Assembly (NCBI GenBank): GCA_965116025.1
Contig: OZ220480.1
Location: 193,335 to 257,334, forward strand
Origin: an uncultured candidatus Porisulfidus sp.
GTDB lineage: Bacteria; Pseudomonadota; Gammaproteobacteria; Poriferisulfidales; Poriferisulfidaceae
Reading direction: 5' to 3'
DNA: 64,000 nt
The notes beneath the pieces are model-generated. The model searched no databases and was not told the DNA's origin. It was given only the letters and a program-made list of their open reading frames with translations. Both the position numbers and the translations under genes were made by a program. Each line of letters opens with the position of its first letter. Position 1 is the stretch's first letter. Positions 57,437-64,000 of the stretch are shown in pieces.

Positions 57437-58648
57437 ATGTCGAAATACCGCAAGGTCGTGTTAGCGTATTCGGGAGGTTTAGACACATCGATCATCCTGA
57501 AATGGTTGCAGGAACGCTACGAATGCGAAGTCGTAACGTACACTGCCGATTTGGGCCAGCAAGAGAATCTCGAACCAGCCCGGCAACGGGCGCGAGCGTT
57601 GGGCATCCAAAATATAAGGATTGAGGACCTGCGCGAGACGTTCGCGCGGGACTATATTTTTCCGATGTTGCGGGCCAACCCTTTGTATGAGGGACAGTAT
57701 CTTCTTGGCACCGCGATCGCCCGGCCGCTCATCGCGGCGGGAATGGCGCGGGCCGCGCGCGAGACAGGAGCCGACGCGGTCGCGCATGGCGCGACCGGGA
57801 AAGGAAACGATCAGGTGCGTTTCGAACTGGCTATCCGCGCGCTGAATCCGAACTTGGGCATTATCGCTCCATGGCGAGAATGGGATCTGAGGTCCCGGGC
57901 CGACTTGCTCGCGTACGCGGGACGAAATGGCATTGAGGTCGAACGAAATCCAGATGGTGGGAGCCCCTACTCAATGGATGCCAATCTGTTGCACATCTCT
58001 TACGAGGGAGGGGTTCTGGAAGATCCGAATGCCGCCCCACCCGTCGATATGTGGCGTTGGACCACGGACCCTCGGGAAGCTCCGGACGAGCCCCAGATAT
58101 TGCGTATCTCGTTCGAGGAGGGAGACCCCGTCGCCGTGGATGGGGAAGAATTGGAGCCAGCCGCGTTGATGAAGGCGGTTAACGCGGTTGCCGCGCGCCA
58201 TGGCATCGGCCGGGTCGACATGGTTGAGAACAGATATCTGGGCCTCAAGTCACGTGGGTGCTACGAGACTCCCGGCGGTACTGTGCTGATGGCCGCGCGC
58301 CGGGCAGTGGAATCGCTGACTCTGGATCGCGAGGTCGCGCACCTCAAGGAATCGCTAATGTCACGGTACGCGACGATGGTCTACAACGGCTACTGGTTCA
58401 GTCCAGAGCGCGAAGCCATGCAACGGATGATCGATTATTCCCGACAAGATGTTCGCGGAGAGGCCAGAATGCGCCTGTACAAAGGCTCGGTCACTGTGGA
58501 AGGCAGGCAGTCCCCCAACAGCCGGTATGACCCAACCCAGGCGACTTTTGAGGACGACCAAGGCCGGTTCGATCACACTGACGCCACGGGATTTATCCGG
58601 CTGTCCGGCCTGAGACTGGAATCCTGCCGACCTGTGGATGGTATATAG
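57437..58648 (+). CDS. argG: Argininosuccinate synthase
   Basis: [13 protein letters not shown] (PP-loop) ...[17 protein letters not shown]...[13 protein letters not shown]. Confidence 0.9.
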   Translation: MSKYRKVVLAYSGGLDTSIILKWLQERYECEVVTYTADLGQQENLEPARQRARALGIQNIRIEDLRETFARDYIFPMLRANPLYEGQYLLGTAIARPLIAAGMARAARETGADAVAHGATGKGNDQVRFELAIRALNPNLGIIAPWREWDLRSRADLLAYAGRNGIEVERNPDGGSPYSMDANLLHISYEGGVLEDPNAAPPVDMWRWTTDPREAPDEPQILRISFEEGDPVAVDGEELEPAALMKAVNAVAARHGIGRVDMVENRYLGLKSRGCYETPGGTVLMAARRAVESLTLDREVAHLKESLMSRYATMVYNGYWFSPEREAMQRMIDYSRQDVRGEARMRLYKGSVTVEGRQSPNSRYDPTQATFEDDQGRFDHTDATGFIRLSGLRLESCRPVDGI

Positions 58649-58679
58649 TAGCCTAGCAACGTTCATGCCCCGGAAATCC

Positions 58680-59402
58680 ATGCATCGTCAACTCCGTTCT
58701 TCCGCCCTGTCATTGGCTTGCCTGTTGACGCTCTCTGTTCCCGCGCTAGCTGACGATCTCGCCCCCAACGATCCGCGTGATCCTTGGGAAGGATACAATC
58801 GCGCGATATACGGCTTCAACAAGGGAGTCGACTCGATGCTCTTGAAACCGGCCGCGCAAGCCTACGACGCGCTGACCCCGGAAGCGGTCGACCAAGGCAT
58901 CACCAATTTTTTCTCCAACCTCGGAGAGATCCGAAATTCGCTCAATAATTTCCTGCAGGGCAAGCCGGACAAGGGAGCCACTTCTCTCGCGCGGTTGCTG
59001 ATCAACACTACGGTCGGATTGCTTGGGTTCATTGATGTCGCTACCGAGGTTGGAATTCACAAATCCAAAGAGGACTTCGGTCAGACTCTTGGTGCTGGAG
59101 GGATCGAGCCTGGTCCTTATTTCGTGTTGCCATTTCTTGGCCCAAGCACGGTGCGCGACGCCATCGCCACACCTGTCGATATCGCCACCAATCCCTTCAC
59201 TTGGGCGGATGACAGCGAAGTCAGAGCCGTCGCCTTTGGGGTTCAAGTCGTGGATTATCGGGCTGACCTTCTGGATACGGAGGAGGCCGTTGAAGGCATT
59301 ACCGAGGATGAGTACGCGCTGGTGCGCAACGCCTATTTGGATCAGCGCCGGTTCGACGTAAGCGATGGCGCGGTCGCCGACGACTACGAGATAGAAGACT
59401 GA
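58680..59402 (+). CDS. mlaA: MlaA/VacJ-family outer-membrane lipoprotein
   Basis: Signal peptide, then DPWEGYNRAIYGFNKGVDSMLLKPAAQAYDALTPEAVDQGITNFFSNLGEI...GPYFVLPFLGPSTVRD, all typical MlaA motifs. Confidence 0.8.
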   Translation: MHRQLRSSALSLACLLTLSVPALADDLAPNDPRDPWEGYNRAIYGFNKGVDSMLLKPAAQAYDALTPEAVDQGITNFFSNLGEIRNSLNNFLQGKPDKGATSLARLLINTTVGLLGFIDVATEVGIHKSKEDFGQTLGAGGIEPGPYFVLPFLGPSTVRDAIATPVDIATNPFTWADDSEVRAVAFGVQVVDYRADLLDTEEAVEGITEDEYALVRNAYLDQRRFDVSDGAVADDYEIED

Positions 59403-59682
59403 CGAGCGGCCCACCGACTAGGCGGATCGCTCGCCCACAGGTGCTTTCCTCGGCTTGGCTCTAACCGCAAAACAGCTTTTTCAGCCAAGCGCAGAACCCA
59501 CTGTTCTGGCTTTGTTGCCCCTCGCTTTGGCTTTGGGAATCGCTACACGAACCACTGTCGCTGGCCGCGGTGGAAGAACCGCCTGAACCGCTTCGGCTGA
59601 TCATTTGTTCGTGATGGCGTTTCAACACGGAATCTGTTGGTGCGCTCATTATCAGTTGGCCCTCGTGCCATTATCACTCTGA

Positions 59683-61134
59683 CATTGTACATAGTCGTTG
59701 CTGAAGTATCCGCCTCCGGTCATGCGGGACGGAGAGAAAATCGCCTCGAAAAGCTGAGGATCCGGCCTCGGAGGAGAAATTCCCGGAATTTTCTCCAGGC
59801 GCGGGAAAACCCGGCCAGAAGCTTGGCGAAGTCGTGCCCGGCCGCCGCCAGAACCGCGTTGGCGCGGTCGCCGGAGCGGCCTTTCAGCCGATTCCGATGC
59901 AGCCGGTGATCCGATTTCAGATGGCCGATGGTCGGCTCGATCACCGCCCGCCGCTTCATCCACTTCCGCGCCATTCGCGTCGCCGTCTTCGGGATCTTCC
60001 CCACCACATGCGCCCGCGTCTCTCCCGACACCCCGTGCCCCCGATACCCCTGGTCGCAGTAGACCCGCTTCGGCCGCTGGCCCGCCAGCCGCTCGATCCG
60101 CTCCAGCGCGGCGGCCAGCGTGCGCCCGTCATACGGGTTCCCCGCCAGGCTCATCGCCGACACCAGCCAGTTCCCCTTCGAGGTCGTCGCGAACGAGACC
60201 TTGCACCCGAACTCGTAACGCCGATGCGGCCTGCCCTTGGCGACGCGCTCCACCTCCGGCGCATGCACGCTGTACAGCTTGCCCTTGTCCTCGCGCTTCT
60301 GTTTCAGCAGGTGCTCGGATCGCTCCAGTAGCGTCTCCAGCGCCGCGTCCGGGCTCGGAACCTTCCGCCGAATGTCCCGCGCCACCCGCCCGAGCATCGT
60401 CTTCAAGGTGCGCTTCTGGCGCACGTACCCGTAACGCCCGCACAGGATCAGCGCCTTCTTCCCGACCCGCTGGTAGCTCTGCCGCAGAGCCACGCCGCGC
60501 TTCCACGCCTCCCGAACCAGCGCCGCCCGCGCCTTGTGATACAGCCGCGCGTCGGTCGGGAACGCCACCGCCTTCTCCTGCACCGTCGTGTCCACGTTCA
60601 CCCGCTCCAGCTCGCGCGCCCATGAACCCTTCCCGCCGCGCCACCCGGATCGTCCGCGTCAGCAAGCAGTCCAGACGCTCCCCCACCCGCTCTCGCCAGC
60701 ACGTCATGCCGCTCGAGTGCAGAGGCGCCTTCATCTGCATGCGCTCATAACCGCAGAACGCCTGCCAGTACGGGTTCTGCCGCCAGATCCAGACCACCCG
60801 CTCGTCGCTCATGCGCGCGCTTCAGAAAGTGGAGACCCGCCATCAGCCGGGTCGGCAACGGCAGCTGTCCCGGTCCGGGCGTGTGCAGGCCGCCGAGCTC
60901 CTCCTCCATCTCCTCCCAGTCGATCTTCTCGCCCAGAAGCGGCAAGGGCTCCTTCGGGTCCAGCATCTGGGACAGGCGGGCGCGGAACAGGTCGGCGTGA
61001 TTATCGGGCTTTTTCGGTTTCATGTTTCGCAAGGAATCGGCGCTCGAGCGCGGGAAAACTTGCGATGCGGCATACCCGAAAACGGATTCTATGTCAAGTG
61101 AATCAGGCAGTTAGGAATATTTCAGCAACGACTA
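59683..61134 (-). mobile_element. IS5-family insertion sequence, about 1.45 kb, with imperfect 18-bp terminal inverted repeats
   Basis: tagtcgttgctgaagtat at 59683-59700 versus the reverse complement of atatttcagcaacgacta at 61117-61134, a 17/18 match. Confidence 0.6.
59720..61032 (-). pseudogene. IS5-family DDE transposase broken into three frames (at least 2 frameshifts)
   Basis: InsH-N-like start MRNMKPKKPDNHADLFRARLSQMLDPKEPLPLLGEKIDWEEMEEE (60745-61032). Middle ...SDERVVWIWRQNPYWQAFCGYERMQMKAPLHSSGMTCWRERVGERLDCLLTRTIRVARREGFM (second frame). C-terminal VNVDTTVQEKAVAFPTDARLYHKA...CDQGYRG...IEPTIGHLKSDHRLHRNRLKG (59720-60601). There is no slippery heptamer at either junction. Confidence 0.65.
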
Positions 61135-61327
61135 AAATATCTGAAATAAATTAAACTTTATTCGGTGCAAGTAAGCCTGCCGGGAAGGTAGCGCGGTCGC
61201 AAAAAAGTTTTTAGCTTCGCCTGTTTTGGTGTCGTGTTATGATTATCAAACTTGACCAGATGGATTACTGACATCCTTGTGACCTTCCTTAAAAAACGTT
61301 TGATTTTTATTCGGGAAGAAAATTTTT

Positions 61328-61909
61328 ATGACTCAAGCCCACGCTCAAGAGGCTTCCCAGCGGCCGCCCGCGTTTGATACGATAAAGGGGCAGAAGAAGC
61401 TGACGAACGGGGGCTTCTCGGAGAATCAGGCCATGACCATCGTCGAGACCATCCAAGACTCCCAAGCGGAGCTCGTCACGAGAGACGATTTGCTCTCGAC
61501 GCGGAAAGATCTGAAAGCCGAGATCGTGAAATTGGGACTTGAGCTTCGCAACGAGTTCCGTAACGCGATTAACACCTTGCGCGACGAGTTCCGAGGCGAG
61601 TTGCATAGAGAGATTGACGGCCTGCGCCAGGAGATGCATAGAGAGATTGGCGACCTGCGCCAGGAGATGCATAGAGAGATTGGCGGCCTGCGCAAGGAGA
61701 TGCATAGCGAGATTGGCGGCCTGCGCAAAGAAATGCGAGATCAATTTTCCGCCATGCATGATCAATTTTCGGCCATGCAGGGTCAGTTTTCCGCTATGCA
61801 GGATCGTCTTTCCACTATGCTGTGGCGCATCCTGATTGGTTTCGGGGTGATCGTTGGTATTTTCGGAACCATTGTCGGGATCATCTTCACGCTGATTGGC
61901 GGAAAGTAG
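61328..61909 (+). CDS. DUF1640-like coiled-coil membrane protein with internal tandem repeats
   Basis: N-terminus FDTIKGQKKLTNGGFSENQAMTIVETI...LVTRDDL and a C-terminal TM helix ILIGFGVIVGIFGTIVGIIFTLIGGK fit the DUF1640 pattern as I recall it. The middle contains LRQEMHREIG(D/G) x4 and DQFSAMH x3. Confidence 0.55.
   Translation: MTQAHAQEASQRPPAFDTIKGQKKLTNGGFSENQAMTIVETIQDSQAELVTRDDLLSTRKDLKAEIVKLGLELRNEFRNAINTLRDEFRGELHREIDGLRQEMHREIGDLRQEMHREIGGLRKEMHSEIGGLRKEMRDQFSAMHDQFSAMQGQFSAMQDRLSTMLWRILIGFGVIVGIFGTIVGIIFTLIGGK
61610..61804 (+). repeat. In-frame tandem repeats inside the DUF1640 gene: 33 bp x4 (gagattggcggcctgcgccaggagatgcataga-like) then 21 bp x3 (caattttccgccatgcatgat-like)
   Basis: Direct reading of lines 61601-61810. 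The units differ at 1-4 positions each. Confidence 0.8.
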
Positions 61910-62230
61910 TGCTTCGAGCCAGACGGCTTTACCAGATCGTCAACGTCGCGAGCTGGAGTGCCCACCGGACAGTGCGGGGATTCCTGAACAAATGACTAGA
62001 GCAAGTGAAGACGCGCGATCACCATGATCGTGCTTAATCTGGCGAGGCAGCGGACTTAAAAACAAGATGAGCGACAATCCATCGATCTCCGTATGGTCGC
62101 TATTGTCAAAGCCGAGTTGATCTCTGGTGAAAACCACGGTCTTGCCCGCAAAACGGTCGGATCCGTCCTTAATTTCTCGAAGGTTCTGGATACGAACAAG
62201 GAAGAGACCAAAGTACCCCGGACATCCTGA

Positions 62231-64000
62231 ATGGAAAACCGAAAATGGATGCGCCGAGCATTATGGATCACGCTGGCCTGCATCATCATCGTTTTGGCTT
62301 CGACGCTCGCCGCGCTTTTTCTCAGCCGCCCGCAAGTTTCTGGATTTGAGAATCTCATTGGTCTGGACCACCCGGTCGCCGTTTCCCGAGACATCATCGG
62401 GCATACCAAGATACAGGCTAGATCGCGGGAAGACATCGCTCGGGCCGCGGGCTTCATCCATGCGCAGGAGCGCTTTCTTTCCATGGATTTACGTCGTCGG
62501 TTCGCGGCGGGCGAGATAGCCGCTTTGCTGGGAACCTTTGGATTAGGACAGGATCGAGAAAATCGACCGCACCGTTTTCGAGAAAAGGCGCGGAAAATCG
62601 TCACCGGCTTATCCGAAAAGGAGCACGCCATCCTGCGGGCCTACGCGGAAGGAGTCAACCAGGGTCTGGAAGCGCTTCCCGTTTGGCCTTTTCCCTATGT
62701 CTTGTTTCTGACCCGACCCGATCCATGGAAACCGGAAGACAGCATTCTGTCGCTCTTCGCCATGCATTTGGTTCTCCAAGGCGGGCGCTGGAAATACGAT
62801 TCCGTGGTGGGAGTCCTCCACGAGGTTTTCGGGGCGGATGTCACGGACTTCCTAGTGCCGGTAGGCACCCACCACGACGCTCCTTTGGATGACACTCCGA
62901 TTCCACTATATCTCCCACGAGTGCCCGAAGCGCATGAGATTGACCTGAGATCAACCCCCTTGAATCCAGAAAATATCAAGAATGTACGAATGTCGTGGGA
63001 AACCCCCGGAAGCAACGCTTTCGCTGTTAGTGGCGACCTGAGCTCTCACGACAGCGCTTTATTGGCCAACGATATGCATCTGGTATTGCTGGTGCCGAAC
63101 ATTTGGTATCGGATGCATTGGCAATGGAAAGAAGATGGAACGAGTCACATGGTCAGTGGCCTTACCCTCCCGGGGCTGCCTTGGCTGATCGCTGGAAGCA
63201 ACGGACGAATCGCTTGGGGCTTCACCAATAGCAACGTCGATAGTCAAGACTTGATCGAGCTTAGTCCCGGAGATGCCTCGTTAACCACGATCAAGGAAAC
63301 GTTGGAAGTCCGCTTTGGTATGGACGAGAAATTCGCTTATGAAGTTTCTCCTTGGGGGCCCGTCGTCAGCGAAACATCCGAAAACCGGAAGCATGCGCTG
63401 CGCTGGGCCTCGTATTGGTTGACGGGAGACCACATCAATTTCAGCCAGATTGAAACGTCCGAAGACGCGCGTTCCGCTATTCCTTTGTTTCAGAAATCCG
63501 CGATTCCAGGGCAAAACGTGGTGATGGCGGACCATAAAGGAAATATCGCTTGGACTATCGCCGGCATCTTGCCCAAGCGCGATGGTTATAGTGGCCGAAT
63601 CCCGATCGGGAGCACCGTGCCGAGCCTTCCTCCTCAGTGGCTGTCGCTCGGCGAATACCCTGTGGAGATCAATCCTCCCGGCCAACGCCTCTGGTCAGCG
63701 AACAGTCGTCATGTCGGTGGCGAGCGATTCGCCGTTCTGGGAGATGGCCGCTACACATCCGGGATGCGAGCTCGGCAGATTCGAAACCGTCTGAGAGAGC
63801 AAGAAACGTTTCGCGAATCCGACTTGCTGGCTATACAACGTGACAACCGGGCGGAATATTTGGATGAGTGGTATCCCAGGATCGAGCGCGCGATGAACCA
63901 GCCCAGCGTCACCCCTTTGGTGAAGCGCCACCGCATTCGCGAATGGCTGGAAAAATGGAACGGGCGAAGCGATGCTGACAGCGTCGGCTACCGAATCATG
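62231..64000 (+). CDS. Penicillin-acylase (S45 Ntn-hydrolase) family protein, possibly acyl-homoserine-lactone acylase-like; 3' end beyond the window
   Basis: ATG at 62231 (MENRKWMRRALWITLACIIIVLAS), with no stop through 64000. V.VSRDIIGHTKIQARSREDIARAAGFIHAQERFLSMDLRRRFAAGEIAALLG fits the family's N-terminal alpha-subunit pattern. GSNAFAVSG fits the nucleophile Ser motif. Confidence 0.7.
   Translation, partial: MENRKWMRRALWITLACIIIVLASTLAALFLSRPQVSGFENLIGLDHPVAVSRDIIGHTKIQARSREDIARAAGFIHAQERFLSMDLRRRFAAGEIAALLGTFGLGQDRENRPHRFREKARKIVTGLSEKEHAILRAYAEGVNQGLEALPVWPFPYVLFLTRPDPWKPEDSILSLFAMHLVLQGGRWKYDSVVGVLHEVFGADVTDFLVPVGTHHDAPLDDTPIPLYLPRVPEAHEIDLRSTPLNPENIKNVRMSWETPGSNAFAVSGDLSSHDSALLANDMHLVLLVPNIWYRMHWQWKEDGTSHMVSGLTLPGLPWLIAGSNGRIAWGFTNSNVDSQDLIELSPGDASLTTIKETLEVRFGMDEKFAYEVSPWGPVVSETSENRKHALRWASYWLTGDHINFSQIETSEDARSAIPLFQKSAIPGQNVVMADHKGNIAWTIAGILPKRDGYSGRIPIGSTVPSLPPQWLSLGEYPVEINPPGQRLWSANSRHVGGERFAVLGDGRYTSGMRARQIRNRLREQETFRESDLLAIQRDNRAEYLDEWYPRIERAMNQPSVTPLVKRHRIREWLEKWNGRSDADSVGYRIM

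Noticed and set aside
59461-59649. 62-aa Ser/Gln-rich ORF with C-terminal CAWLKKLFCG between mlaA and the IS5 end
   Set aside because: It could be a small secreted peptide, but there is no Shine-Dalgarno sequence or recognisable family, and composition-driven ORFs are common here. I kept it only as a note.
61610-61804. Tandem repeats at 61610-61804 considered as a possible CRISPR array or VNTR
   Set aside because: The units are contiguous with no spacers, in frame, and inside a protein-coding gene. They are coding tandem repeats, not CRISPR. No CRISPR array was seen anywhere in the window.

Overview
This 64-kb window comes from a high-GC Gram-negative chromosome, most likely a gammaproteobacterium (core genes ~60-68% GC). 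The backbone is ordinary housekeeping synteny familiar from E. coli: murA-mlaC; carA-carB-greA; rimP-nusA-infB-rbfA-truB; sppA, maf; dapB, dnaJ-dnaK-grpE, nadK-recN-bamE-rnfH-ratA; yccA; grxD, rnt, argG, mlaA. Three kinds of accessory material interrupt it. (1) Eight paralogous ~600-aa porin-like outer-membrane protein genes (copies A-H) form four convergent pairs. Each pair shares a ~590-bp mosaic spacer carrying back-to-back intrinsic terminators. The paralogs have near-identical N-terminal (~300 aa) and C-terminal (~100 aa) beta-rich blocks flanking a hypervariable, charged ~200-250-aa insert that is visibly shuffled between copies. One copy is frameshifted at a C6/G6 homopolymer that a +1 G would repair. 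Only three copies retain a canonical ATG start. (2) Mobile DNA: a complete IS4-family element with 18-bp inverted repeats and a 9-bp target duplication, an IS110-family transposase inside a ~3-kb AT-rich island, a degenerate IS5-family element, and an orphan TraD-like coupling protein abutting tRNA-Ser. (3) Defence-like cargo of lower GC: a translationally coupled ABC/AAA-ATPase + DUF4276 pair, a NERD-UvrD-like helicase, and a TerB-like/BRCT protein. The convergent porin-pair array looks like a contingency / antigenic-variation-style multigene system and is the main candidate for something undescribed. No CRISPR array or rRNA was found. All calls come from reading the sequence and the ORF track; no searches were run.
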